From: a virus
Taxonomy: Duplodnaviria; Caudoviricetes
Length of the DNA stretch: 64,000 nt
Direction: 5' to 3' (one strand)
IMG/VR virus record: IMGVR_UViG_3300038393_000340
Span: 6,372-70,371 of that record
Part shown: positions 45,201 through 53,944 of the stretch, piece after piece
Position numbering within the stretch: the stretch's first letter is position 1
How the letters are laid out: each line of letters starts with the position of its first letter
Program-made: the position numbers and the translations under genes
The notes under the pieces: model-generated
What the model was told of the DNA's origin: nothing
What the model saw: only the letters and a program-made list of their open reading frames with translations
Databases searched by the model: none

Positions 45201-47456
45201 ATTAGCCTCCGAAACTTGATTCTTGACGATGAGGAGGCGGTCGGCGTAGGCATTCTTCAAGTTATTGAAGTCCTCTTCCGACAGTTCCTTTTTCAAGGAT
45301 TCCAACGTCCGCTGTTGCAGTTCTTCATACTTCTGCAACTCGTTGTTGTTGGTCACCTTGGAGGCAGCAACATCCAAGGCACTGGAAATGGAACTGATGG
45401 CGTTGGCCACCACCGTGCCCTTCGTATGCAATCCCTCCACCATCACGTCGATGGCGCCGGAAGCCTCACCAAACTCTTGGCTCACCCCACGGCGATAGGA
45501 GCCCACGTCAGAGCGAACCTTGGCCAGATTGTCTCCAAGGTCCTTCTCAAACTTGTCTGCGTCGGTCTTTGCCTTGTTGAATTCGGCAAAGTCCTCGTTG
45601 GCCGCTTTAACTCTCTCAACGTTGTGCTCGTCCAGCTTGCCATTCTTGTTGATTTCTTCAACGACTTTCTGGCGCTTTTCGGTTTCCTTCTTGATCTTGT
45701 TGGTGTATTCGTTGATCTCGGTGGTGAGGTCTTCCGCTTCTTTGCGATACTTCTCGCGTTCTTCCTTGGTGCCGGACACACTCTTGACGGTAGCAACCCG
45801 ACGATCATCGATCAGGGAGTCCTGCTTCTCGCGCAGTTCTTTCGTACGCTTCAGGCTTTCGGCGTACTCATCCACTAACTTGGTGTTTTCCTTGATCTTG
45901 CTGGGGTCAACGATGTCCGTCTTCTTCTTGTCGTTGTCCGATATCAGCTTGTAGACGCCATAGATGGCAGCGCCAAGCGCGGCCACACCGGCAACCACAA
46001 CCCCAACCGGACCCGTGGCGGCAACCCACATGGCAGCGAAGCGGATGGCGACGGCGGTCAACGTGTTGGCGAGGTAGCCAAACATGGTGATCAGGGTCGG
46101 CAGGAAAGAAAGCACCAAGGCCCGGAAGGCTACAACCTTGTTCACTCCCCACACGATGGCGTAGCCAAGGGCCACGTCACGCAGGACCTTTACCAACTGT
46201 TCCAAGATTTCCTTGTGCTCGGTCAGGAACTCGATCATTTCCACGAGGGCATGAGAGGCGGAGCGCACAGCCCCGGCCAGCCCGCTGGCGTGGTCCCCAG
46301 CCTGTGCCACCTCTTCACCAAACGCTTCCGCGTTGGGACCCTCTTCCTTGAATGCCTTCGCAAGTTCGGTCAGGGCCTTGACGATTTCAGTTGCGCCCTT
46401 GACGATTTCGACGTAGAAGCCTTGTCCCAGCGCGCCAACTGCATCCTTGAACTCTTCGATGTAGCGGGGGAACGAAGTCAGCATCTTGCCGACCGTGTTC
46501 ATGGAGGCTTCATACACCCCGGACAGCTTGATCGACTCATCCAGCACCGCATTGGCAAAGACTTGCTTCTGTGCGGTGCCAGTGATGGCGCGGCCAGCAT
46601 CGGCAGCGGCTTGGGCCATCACGGCTTCCTTGTTGATCATCACACCCATGAACTTCAGTCCAAGGGTGTCCATCTGGTCGATGTTGACGATCAATCGGCG
46701 GAAGGTTTCCGACGAGTTCTGGCCCGCCACGACGGCCAAGTCTTGGGATGCACGGGCAAGGCGGGGAGCAAGGTCGATGTCGATACCGGCCTTGATCAAA
46801 TCAGTCAGGGATTCACGGGACGACTCCGCCGTGATACCCATCTTCTGGATGGCCTTGTCAGCCTCTTCCAGTTGTTCCGTGGTGTAGCCAGCGGTCGTGC
46901 CGACGACGCCCAGCACCACCCCGAGGGTTTCGGTGCGGGCAGCAACATCCAGGAATTCTTTTCCAAGGTGAATGGCTTCGATGGCGAGGAAACCCCCGCT
47001 CACGAAGGTGACCCACTTCATCAGCTTCTCAAACGCCTCCGACAACTTCTCGATGGCATTCGTGTGCTCGTGGGCAGCGTCGGCGGCACCGTGGTGAGCG
47101 CCTTCTTCCTCGTGGAGACCTGCGGCGGAAGGGGGCTCATGGCCTCCACCTCCACCACCTCCACCATGGCCACCTTCACCATGGCCTTCGGCCTCCTTGG
47201 AAGCTTCCTCTTTCTTTTTCTCACCTTCTTGCTTGGCAGCTTCGTTGGTGTTTTCAAGGTTGGAGGTAGCCTCTTGGGCGGCTTCGCCAACCGCTGACAA
47301 CCCGTCGGTATCCTTACCGAAATCCGACAGGGTGGAGGTCAGCGCATCCAACTGATTCTGCATTGAAGCCAGATCAGACAGGAGGTTGGCAAGCCCGTCT
47401 TTAGCCTGATTAGCAATCGTAATCAGGATTTTGAGTTCTTTAGTCGTCGCCGCCAT
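42201..47456 (-). CDS. tape measure protein with soluble lytic transglycosylase domain
   Basis: 1751-aa helical protein downstream of the chaperone; SLT motifs ESGMNP.A.S..GA.GLMQLMP and ALSAYNAGPG. Confidence 0.92.
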   Translation of the reverse strand: MAATTKELKILITIANQAKDGLANLLSDLASMQNQLDALTSTLSDFGKDTDGLSAVGEAAQEATSNLENTNEAAKQEGEKKKEEASKEAEGHGEGGHGGGGGGGGHEPPSAAGLHEEEGAHHGAADAAHEHTNAIEKLSEAFEKLMKWVTFVSGGFLAIEAIHLGKEFLDVAARTETLGVVLGVVGTTAGYTTEQLEEADKAIQKMGITAESSRESLTDLIKAGIDIDLAPRLARASQDLAVVAGQNSSETFRRLIVNIDQMDTLGLKFMGVMINKEAVMAQAAADAGRAITGTAQKQVFANAVLDESIKLSGVYEASMNTVGKMLTSFPRYIEEFKDAVGALGQGFYVEIVKGATEIVKALTELAKAFKEEGPNAEAFGEEVAQAGDHASGLAGAVRSASHALVEMIEFLTEHKEILEQLVKVLRDVALGYAIVWGVNKVVAFRALVLSFLPTLITMFGYLANTLTAVAIRFAAMWVAATGPVGVVVAGVAALGAAIYGVYKLISDNDKKKTDIVDPSKIKENTKLVDEYAESLKRTKELREKQDSLIDDRRVATVKSVSGTKEEREKYRKEAEDLTTEINEYTNKIKKETEKRQKVVEEINKNGKLDEHNVERVKAANEDFAEFNKAKTDADKFEKDLGDNLAKVRSDVGSYRRGVSQEFGEASGAIDVMVEGLHTKGTVVANAISSISSALDVAASKVTNNNELQKYEELQQRTLESLKKELSEEDFNNLKNAYADRLLIVKNQVSEANAAEAAGGAKALAFHRTQSKQESEFRVTRLQEDISRRKALFDIDLSNERFRLENGLENLRSYFANRSKLIDDGLEDDKRLSVAKIADLQIKKTLTTDPNAQAAIDAQITAERARIQQSEINAQKERQALLVETYNTQVHGEQLIAQLREDINTRYGHEEVAIRSEVARSLRDELVSLGSTASAEDIILAKRKAELDLQTKMTELTLKRQDSELQLKRSFLDLLDAEVNSARDDGLATTLDAQEALNANIRDRLDLLKQEREGILAARDAYLSMGNVTSANEMNLKAMELTKQMYQLRDSIVNVGGQLEKTFADSFASNLQAVIEHTKSFKQAFFDIFRDLNSQILKVLTKDVAENFVKSMKQGAQGGEGGFFQQIAALVTGKPQQEKPDLGASPSGPLWIKNVDPTKDAIPPQLLTTADSMLTQLQLIAQNTATMASRSNNNTSVQGTPGQGNEGTPGGLVPFDTTTANSLLGRGNKPVDSLAMIPAFDEAAKSAGLDKYNLNGDFLRYMALKESGMNPYAKSPSGAEGLMQLMPDTYKDLGYDHGDMMDPAKNVMAGAKYLAQQLEKYSGDLDKALSAYNAGPGNTDKAIAKGLPYAQNKETQDYVAKLGTGSNLFLPTADKPMPVVVVTGSKADVAAAKEDQIQQVVISATREQVEAAKADTDTTKENTTATTESIQATKTSTEQLTNFAQSVAQAQIQLHSIVSPQAGQTSTSVSGVDSNADITQVNGLSPADKAPIDKVDGFANTTAAPISAALGQAIGQKLGGPAGTFAATITQLLGPKLVQPLVKGLGENLSKGFKDVGDNSKEDIDSMSGSIGDTLSSFFSNFGSTIMNFFSGSGGGSGGGFLSSIASLFGGGGEGDAAATVAEALFADGGMVSGPGTGTSDSIPARLSHGEYVMTAEKTAQYLPLLEAMRTGVLDTTLSTMFSGLNIDIPTTPQYATGGYVSEMHVGNTTHSRPVNVNMTVVTPDANSFRRSQDQIASKTGQQVNRAIRRNN

Positions 47457-47700
47457 CGCTTTTCCCTATCTCTTTGATGAATTTGGAGAAACCTTTACCA
47501 TCGGCATGATAAGCGATCCGAGTGCACTGAACCAGCCGTAAATGGCTTTGACGCTCAGACTGGTTGACCAAGCGTACGTGTGCGTGAATCTGCTTCAGGT
47601 TGTAGCCCCAAATTTCAACGTCGAGATAACCAAAGCCTTTCAGCCTTGAGAAAGCGAAAGCAAGACGTTCTTCAAACTCTTGGAGAACTTTTACTGGGGT
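47440..47700 (-). CDS. -1 frame extension of the tail assembly chaperone (G/GT-type)
   Basis: 86-codon ORF without its own start, in the -1 frame, begins at the A5C4 run just before the chaperone stop and overlaps the tape measure start. Confidence 0.65.
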   Translation of the reverse strand, partial: TPVKVLQEFEERLAFAFSRLKGFGYLDVEIWGYNLKQIHAHVRLVNQSERQSHLRLVQCTRIAYHADGKGFSKFIKEIGKSDGGDD

Positions 47701-48101
47701 TTTTGTTCCACGTTCGGGACCGGGGGGGCCGTCTTTGCTCGTGCCATCACCCCGGATAACGAGCTTAGGAGCTTTTTTACGTCAGGCACGCTTACCTTCC
47801 AGATTTCTGCCATGGCCGTCAGTTGAACCGTGCCCGGAAGCTTCCGGATATCCTCTTCCTGCCCTTCAGCGTCAGCGGCGAGGGCAATGATGGTTGCCAC
47901 CATGTCAGGAGCTTGTTCCAGCGCCCCGGCGAAGTCCGGCTTGCCTTTCTGAGCCGTTGCAATCAAGTGCAAAATCGTTTCGCGGTGCTTCTGGACAACA
48001 CGGGTGATACCCTTCAGGTCGAGGGCGTTGACCACGAGGGTGCCGGTCCCAACTTCAACTTCCACGGGCTTGGGCAGCAGATCGGAAATCTTGATAGCCA
48101 T
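47691..48101 (-). CDS. tail assembly chaperone
   Basis: Position between the tail tube and tape measure genes; 136 aa. Confidence 0.8.
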   Translation of the reverse strand: MAIKISDLLPKPVEVEVGTGTLVVNALDLKGITRVVQKHRETILHLIATAQKGKPDFAGALEQAPDMVATIIALAADAEGQEEDIRKLPGTVQLTAMAEIWKVSVPDVKKLLSSLSGVMARAKTAPPVPNVEQKPQ

Positions 48102-48122
48102 TTTTTTACACTCCTAGTAATG

Positions 48123-48152
48123 AAAAAGGGCCGGTATTTCTACCAGCCCTTT
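48123..48152 (-). terminator. rho-independent terminator after the tail tube gene
   Basis: GGGCCGGTA/TACCAGCCC stem plus U-tract. Confidence 0.7.
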
Positions 48153-48173
48153 GGATGTTACCCGAAAAAAAGA

Positions 48174-48974
48174 TTACCGGGTAGCCATTTCGCGGAAATA
48201 CTTGGAGCCCGTGGTACGCAGTTGGTCGGCCAGAACGTTGCCTTCCAGCACGAATTGCTGCACGGTGTCCGAGATCATCGCCAGTTCCTTCAGCGGGTCC
48301 ACCGAGAACTTGAAGACTTCGATGACCACCGGGGCGTTGGTGTCGGCGGTGTTCAGGCCTTCAAAGCGCAGGTACTTCTCTTGTGCTCCGGTCGTCAGTG
48401 CATCGACCGTGTACTGAGCGGCGTACGTGTAGTCCACGGTCAGCGTGCAGACAGTGGTTGCCGTAGCAGCCACCAGGGCGTCGTACGTGGCCGAGTCACC
48501 ATTCAGCATGATCGAACCAGCGTCCGTGTTCAGCTTGTAGTCCCACGGGGTAGCGTCATCGACGTAGGCCGTCAGGGTCGTAGCGCCTTGCTTCACGGTC
48601 ACAGCCGAAACCATGATGTGATCCAGCGGGGCAACCGAGCCCGGAATCGCTTTCGCAGTGGCGCCGGTCACGGTGGCGCCAGCGATGGTCGATTTCGTGC
48701 CGCGCAGGGCGACAGCGAGGTTTTCTGCGTTGAAGTTTTCCATGGTCATCGACAGCGTGGCCTTGGTCTCCGTGGTCAGGCGCAGGTCGATACCGCGTTG
48801 GCCGGTCTGCGATTCCTTGTGTTCCACAACGGTGGTAGCCACCGCGATTTTCAGGTCCGACACGTTGCCGACCGGGATCAGGCCGACCGGCTTGCCCGTG
48901 GTTGCGTCACGATCACCGACCATCACGACGCCTTGGCCCGAGTAGTAGTGGTTGTTGCCGTCAAAAGTGCTCAT
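48174..48974 (-). CDS. major tail (tube) protein
   Basis: YYSGQG.V, .GNV..L.I....T..EHKES.TGQR..D, LRFEGLNTA...PV.IE.FK....P..EL..I. Confidence 0.85.
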   Translation of the reverse strand: MSTFDGNNHYYSGQGVVMVGDRDATTGKPVGLIPVGNVSDLKIAVATTVVEHKESQTGQRGIDLRLTTETKATLSMTMENFNAENLAVALRGTKSTIAGATVTGATAKAIPGSVAPLDHIMVSAVTVKQGATTLTAYVDDATPWDYKLNTDAGSIMLNGDSATYDALVAATATTVCTLTVDYTYAAQYTVDALTTGAQEKYLRFEGLNTADTNAPVVIEVFKFSVDPLKELAMISDTVQQFVLEGNVLADQLRTTGSKYFREMATR

Positions 48975-49012
48975 TTTGAATCTCCTAAGTTTGAATACCG
49001 TTCAGCGGAAAA

Positions 49013-49651
49013 TTAAGCGTGCTTGTTGTACCACGCCACGATCAGGGAACTCGTGGCAGAGTGGTCGGTGTCAGACACCACACCACCAGTAGCCGAACCA
49101 CCAGCCAGGGTGCCGCTTCCAGAAGCAGCAAGGCGGGTAGCCGTGCCCGTAAGGACGATGCTGTTACCAGCAGTGCCTTCGTTCACAGCGGTGACGGTCA
49201 CCACTGCCGAAGAGGCCACGGCCTTGAGGGTCTTTTTCGCATATCCTTGACGGTAACCGCCATGGTAAGCATTGATGGTTGCAGCCAGATTCGTGGCGGT
49301 AGCAGCATCGGTGCCACCGATCAGGAAGTGGGTGGATGCGGTCGGGGTAGCTTTGGCCGTGTAGGTCACGCCATCCACGACGCAGGTATCGCCTTCAGCG
49401 ACCGATGCCGCCGTCAGGGTGCCCGAGGCGCGAATGTCAGCGATGGTGTAGTGGGAGGTAACGTCCGTGAGCACGCCTGCCACCGAACGGATGACGGATA
49501 GGATGGTGTCTTCAGCACGAATGGCGGCAACTGCCACTTTGGTTCCGGCAGCAGCGCCAGCACCGATGGACAGTTGGAAGCCTTGAAGTTCCTTGACTGC
49601 GTTATTGCCAAGGTACTGTCCCGCACCAGCGGGGATTTTTTCCAGCGACAT
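49013..49651 (-). CDS. virion structural protein (Ala/Thr/Gly-rich)
   Basis: 212 aa, first gene after a class II promoter, upstream of the tail tube gene. Confidence 0.7.
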   Translation of the reverse strand: MSLEKIPAGAGQYLGNNAVKELQGFQLSIGAGAAAGTKVAVAAIRAEDTILSVIRSVAGVLTDVTSHYTIADIRASGTLTAASVAEGDTCVVDGVTYTAKATPTASTHFLIGGTDAATATNLAATINAYHGGYRQGYAKKTLKAVASSAVVTVTAVNEGTAGNSIVLTGTATRLAASGSGTLAGGSATGGVVSDTDHSATSSLIVAWYNKHA

Positions 49652-49692
49652 TTTGATTCTCCTAAACTGGTCGGGGGTTATTACTGGACGAA

Positions 49693-49721
49693 AGTGTAGC
49701 CTACAGGAATCTACCTAACAA
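49693..49721 (-). promoter_or_regulatory. putative late promoter, class II
   Basis: TTGTTA-GGTAGATT..., 17 bp, TACACT. Confidence 0.6.
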
Positions 49722-49727
49722 GAAACA

Positions 49728-50177
49728 TCAAGGAACCAGTTGGATTGGCGTGGCCCAGCGCTGGAGCCAAATCACGGTCCCCTTCTTTTCCGAGGCCGGG
49801 GCTTCAAGAACGAAGCGCCACTTGTGCCCAGCAGGGGACTTCCCCTCGTGCATGGCCTTCCGGGTCAAGTCCAGCAGGTTGATGGTGCGGTTCTTCACCC
49901 GCGATTCACCAGCGGTAGTGGGCTTCTCCACGATGATCAGGGACAACACCAGTTCGGCGGACACGCCTTGTCGGTTGGTCTCTTTCATTTCAGGGACGGC
50001 GCGCATGCCTTCGTACACGATGCCGATACAGGGGAATTCCACCCCCTTCATGGCATCGCCAAGTTCCTCTTCCGAGTAGACTTGCACGATCTTGTCGTTG
50101 ACCTTGGGAACGGTCTTCAGGATGTCTCGCACTTGCGCAATCACTTGCACAACAAGGGAGTCGGGTGGAGTGCTCAT
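49728..50177 (-). CDS. tail terminator-like protein (putative)
   Basis: Position after the morphogenesis gene; FPCIGIVY, W beta-strand pattern. Confidence 0.6.
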   Translation of the reverse strand: MSTPPDSLVVQVIAQVRDILKTVPKVNDKIVQVYSEEELGDAMKGVEFPCIGIVYEGMRAVPEMKETNRQGVSAELVLSLIIVEKPTTAGESRVKNRTINLLDLTRKAMHEGKSPAGHKWRFVLEAPASEKKGTVIWLQRWATPIQLVP

Positions 50178-50614
50178 GATGTCAGGGCCTCTTCAATACG
50201 TTTTATTACGAAGCTTGCGGCAACAGCCATATCTTCGTCGCTAAAGCCCAAAAACTCCCGCTTTGGCAGGCGCTCCGTACCCTCATTGTGGTAAATGCCG
50301 TACGGAACATCGGTGCCGATGGCGCGGGTATTGGAATCGATGGAAAACAATTGCAGCGAGTGGAACAACCTGCCGGTATCGAACAGCGTCCCGCCACCGC
50401 GTCCGATCTTGGCCCGGTACAACGCGGCCTTACTTACCTGCCAGGGCACTCCCGTTGGATCAACTTGCGCGAGGTAGCGCGTCCGCATCCGGTTGAACAG
50501 CACGGCGGCGGCTTGATCCAGCGTGGGAGTCATGTTATCGACGGCATACTCCAGATTCTTGATGGCAGACTGGAGAGCGCTGTCACCGTCGATGACGATA
50601 CCAAGGAGACTCAT
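50174..50614 (-). CDS. phage virion morphogenesis (Mu gpG-like tail completion) protein
   Basis: Q.DP.G.PW, TL.DTGRL..S, IGTDV.YG.YHN.GT...P.R.FLG.S.ED. Confidence 0.88.
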   Translation of the reverse strand: MSLLGIVIDGDSALQSAIKNLEYAVDNMTPTLDQAAAVLFNRMRTRYLAQVDPTGVPWQVSKAALYRAKIGRGGGTLFDTGRLFHSLQLFSIDSNTRAIGTDVPYGIYHNEGTERLPKREFLGFSDEDMAVAASFVIKRIEEALTS

Positions 50615-51207
50615 CGCATGGGCCGCAGGCAGAAGGATGCTTTACGGAGGTGACCATTCGCCACGGTGTTGGCATGGCCCTTCAGTTCAGGCATGTTCAC
50701 CCCTGGATCACCCTTGGAATTGGTGGAGGACAGGTGGAACATCACCGGCACGAAGGCAAGGATCACTTCCTTCAGCCATGCCGGGGTAGTGGCGGGAGTC
50801 ACACCATATGCGTACGCCACCTTGACGTAGGCATCCATCAGGCTTTCATCCACCCGCACGAGACCCTTCTCGTAATCCACTTCGTAGTTCACGGGGTCCA
50901 CGGGAGTCACACACGTGTTCCATTTGTCGCCAGTCAGCATGGTCACTGAATCGGCCTTCAAGAGCCCGGTGGGGAGGAACAAGCGGAATACCCCTTCCGG
51001 ACGAACGCTGGAAAAGCTTTCCGAGTCCAGAAAGAACACACATGAGTCAGTCCCATCTTGAAAGGTGGTCTCCAAGATGGACTGAACATGGTGTTGCGCG
51101 GCAGACACAGCCGATTCGATATTTCCCACCAGCGAAGTGGGCTCGATTTCTTGACTGATTTGCAGACGGGCACGGGCCTCATCTACGGAAACGAGTAACT
51201 TGCTCAT
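50611..51207 (-). CDS. head-tail connector or adaptor protein
   Basis: LVSVDEA.ARL, VKVAY.YG...P.WLKE. Confidence 0.7.
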   Translation of the reverse strand: MSKLLVSVDEARARLQISQEIEPTSLVGNIESAVSAAQHHVQSILETTFQDGTDSCVFFLDSESFSSVRPEGVFRLFLPTGLLKADSVTMLTGDKWNTCVTPVDPVNYEVDYEKGLVRVDESLMDAYVKVAYAYGVTPATTPAWLKEVILAFVPVMFHLSSTNSKGDPGVNMPELKGHANTVANGHLRKASFCLRPMR

Positions 51208-51227
51208 GGCTGTGCCTACCTATGGGA

Positions 51228-51632
51228 TTAGATTTCCACCGTGGACGAGTCGTCCGGTGCCGAAAGACCCAGTTCAGCGAGTTCTTCCGGGGTGCCGATT
51301 TCGATGGCCTTGACTTGACCGGCGCTCACGGGCTGGTCGTTGACGGTCTTGGCTTGGGAGGCGTCCATGATTTGCGGTGCTTGCGGGGTCGAGTGGACTT
51401 CGCGTTGGACCGGGGCGCGGTACACCTTCCACAGCGGCATGCCCGTGATGTCGTCGATCTGCGACAGCTTTTCTTGGGCCACGTCCAGCGGGAAACGATA
51501 CGCCTTGTGGTTCTCGTAGATCGGACCATTCACTTCCACCAGACGGGTGTGTTTTGCCAGTTGCAGAACCAGATGGGCGGGAGCTTCAGCTTTCGGTGCC
51601 TGAGCCGTTGCGGTGTTTTTGGTGATTGCCAT
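51228..51632 (-). CDS. hypothetical head-region protein
   Basis: Start re-called at MAITK (AAGGAG RBS). Confidence 0.7.
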   Translation of the reverse strand: MAITKNTATAQAPKAEAPAHLVLQLAKHTRLVEVNGPIYENHKAYRFPLDVAQEKLSQIDDITGMPLWKVYRAPVQREVHSTPQAPQIMDASQAKTVNDQPVSAGQVKAIEIGTPEELAELGLSAPDDSSTVEI

Positions 51633-51716
51633 GGACCCTACTCCTTGAATGTTGGTTGAAGTCAAAATTGACTGAAGGCATTTTGCCTCATTACGCAATC
51701 AATTGCAAACTCAAAT

Positions 51717-51745
51717 AAAAAAGGGAGGCAGTTACGCCCCCCTTT
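51717..51745 (-). terminator. rho-independent terminator after the capsid gene
   Basis: GC-rich imperfect stem with a U-tract on the minus strand. Confidence 0.6.
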
Positions 51746-51765
51746 CTCAACTCACTGGAAACTGA

Positions 51766-52713
51766 TTAGGCTTCCAAGATGCCCGACGTTTTCACGACGG
51801 CGTTGACTTCTTCGATCTGGAAGTCAACACGTGCGGTCAGCACGATGATGAACACACGCTTGGTGATGTCCTTGTCGTACTCGATGCTGATGTTGCGCTG
51901 GATACCGAAGATCAGGTTCAGCGGGTTCGTGAACAGCGAGTTGGCAACCGGCATCAGGGCAACCGGCTCAATCACCGATCCGAACATCTGGAGCGCGGTG
52001 TTGTTTTGCAGGTTGGCGTCACCGAACGAACCGACGCGGTTCGCGTAGATGTCGCGCAGGTCGGTTTCGTTGTTCACCGACAGGAAGTGCTTCATCGACG
52101 TACGGTTGCGCAGGAAGCGGGTCGGCATTGCCTTCAGCGCGGCCTTGATGATGTCCTTGCTGATGGTGGTCGAGGCGGTCACGAGGTTGGCGGTTGCCAG
52201 CTTCAGGAAGCCGTCTTGCATTGCCAGGTAGGCATCGCCCGAACCCGAGTCACCCAGCAGGGCCAGTTCTTCCAGGTCCAGCGCGGCGCGGGCGCCCAGC
52301 AGGTCCACGATGGTCTGGTGCATACCACCAGCGCCTTGCTCCATGCCCACCGAAATGTTACCGCCTTCGATGTTGTCTTCCAGCACGTCGTACGGGATGT
52401 GAACTTCAGCGATCACTTCCTTCGTGTTCAGTTCGACTTGCGACAGGTCCGGCTTGCTGCGATCCGAATCAGCCAGCGCGGTCGAGGACACGGCGGGGTG
52501 CAGGATGCGCGAGCCGAAGCCGATCTTGTTGATCTTCATCTGCGAACCCTTCATGACCACCGTACGCACTTGCGACAGCACGGTCGGTTGGTCGATCAAG
52601 TTGCGGATGAAGCGGTCTGCTTGCATCGGGTTCAGCTTACCAGCGGTGGCCAGATCGGACAGCGCAAGGTCGGCTTTTTTAATCAGTTCTGCATTGGTAG
52701 ACATTTCATTCAC
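51766..52713 (-). CDS. major capsid protein (HK97 fold)
   Basis: G.LNP.QADRFI..LID, L.TKEVIAE..I.Y.VLEDNIEG, DLE.L...GD, NLIFGI.RNI; start may be 52704. Confidence 0.92.
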   Translation of the reverse strand: MNEMSTNAELIKKADLALSDLATAGKLNPMQADRFIRNLIDQPTVLSQVRTVVMKGSQMKINKIGFGSRILHPAVSSTALADSDRSKPDLSQVELNTKEVIAEVHIPYDVLEDNIEGGNISVGMEQGAGGMHQTIVDLLGARAALDLEELALLGDSGSGDAYLAMQDGFLKLATANLVTASTTISKDIIKAALKAMPTRFLRNRTSMKHFLSVNNETDLRDIYANRVGSFGDANLQNNTALQMFGSVIEPVALMPVANSLFTNPLNLIFGIQRNISIEYDKDITKRVFIIVLTARVDFQIEEVNAVVKTSGILEA

Positions 52714-52750
52714 CTTGTTAATAAAAGTTTCTAAAGCCCCTTGTGGGGGA

Positions 52751-53884
52751 TTACTTACGCTTCGGCAGGAAAGCGGTATCGTAGTAGCCCGAGCGCGGGT
52801 CTTCGTCCGACTTCACAGCCTTCTTGCCTTGGGGTTCGTCCCCCTTCACTGCACTGGCAACCACCGTTTGCTTCACGGCAGTGGTCGCATCTTCAGCCTT
52901 CCGAGCGGTTTCATCAACTTTTTCTTCCAGCTTCGTTTGCGATTCTTTGATTTCGGTAACCGATTTGGTCACCAGTTCGACAGCAGAAGTCAGGCCGGTG
53001 AGCGCGGCCATGATTTGGGCCATGGCGTCGTCAGCCTTCTGCTTCTGTTCTTTCACGTTCGGGTCTTGCGTTTCGTCAGTGACGTTCGACGGGTTGCCGT
53101 TCACGTCTTCGGCGGCTTCCTGCTCAGCGGTTTCAGCGGCTTCTTCAGCGGCGTTTTCGCTTTCCTTGGCCTTGCCTTCCGCCTTCTCAGCAGCAGTCTC
53201 GTCGGCTTCTGCCTTTTCAGCCTTGGAGGTTTCGTACTTCTTGGCGGCGCCACCGATGCCTTCTTCCAGCTTCAGGGCCGACGACGGGATCAGGGCGGTG
53301 AGGGCCGACATGTAGCCTTGGAACTTTTCGCTTGCGGCCTTGATGGCTGCGGCCTTGTCGGCGGTGTCCGACTTCAGGATGGCATCCATGGTTTCTTGCA
53401 GGGCCTTGGTGGCGATGGACGGACCAAAGAAGAAGCCTTCCGTTTGCAGGGCTTCGTTCAGGTCGGCGTTATCCACCAGTGCCTCAACCTGCTCGTCACC
53501 GTTTTTCACGACAACAACGAGGTCATCCGACAGGCGAACCAGCGTTCCTTCGCCTTCGTTCGGCAGATCGCCTTGGGCGAACATCGTGGTGCCGTCTTCG
53601 TACTTGTGGATTTTTTCCACGTCGTAACCAGCGGCCTTGACAGCCTCCGAGATAAACGACAGGTGCGCTTCGTCAGCGGTGTTGACAACGAGGCCAACGA
53701 CGGTCGGCACGGGCTTATCTGCCTTGATGGTGCGGCGGATGCTGGAAAGGTCGAGGCTCATTTCTGACTCCTTTAGAGATTTGATGACGCGGAAGGGGAT
53801 ACGGTTGGCTCCGCGCTTCACAAGCGAAATGAAACGCACGTCCGCGTTTTTCATTTCCGTCAGCTTGATCTTCATACGTGCCAT
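52751..53884 (-). CDS. capsid scaffold or assembly protein
   Basis: Between protease and capsid; long E/A/K-rich helical C-terminal half; N-terminal FISLVKRGAN motif. Confidence 0.7.
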   Translation of the reverse strand: MARMKIKLTEMKNADVRFISLVKRGANRIPFRVIKSLKESEMSLDLSSIRRTIKADKPVPTVVGLVVNTADEAHLSFISEAVKAAGYDVEKIHKYEDGTTMFAQGDLPNEGEGTLVRLSDDLVVVVKNGDEQVEALVDNADLNEALQTEGFFFGPSIATKALQETMDAILKSDTADKAAAIKAASEKFQGYMSALTALIPSSALKLEEGIGGAAKKYETSKAEKAEADETAAEKAEGKAKESENAAEEAAETAEQEAAEDVNGNPSNVTDETQDPNVKEQKQKADDAMAQIMAALTGLTSAVELVTKSVTEIKESQTKLEEKVDETARKAEDATTAVKQTVVASAVKGDEPQGKKAVKSDEDPRSGYYDTAFLPKRK

Positions 53885-53913
53885 GATGAAAGTTTCCCTG
53901 TTGAATGCTGTGG

Positions 53914-53942
53914 ATTCTACCCGAGCAAAATCTACCTAACAA
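53914..53942 (-). promoter_or_regulatory. putative late promoter, class II
   Basis: TTGTTA-GGTAGATT..., 17 bp, TAGAAT; 14 bp identical to the promoter at 49693. Confidence 0.6.
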
Positions 53943-53944
53943 AA

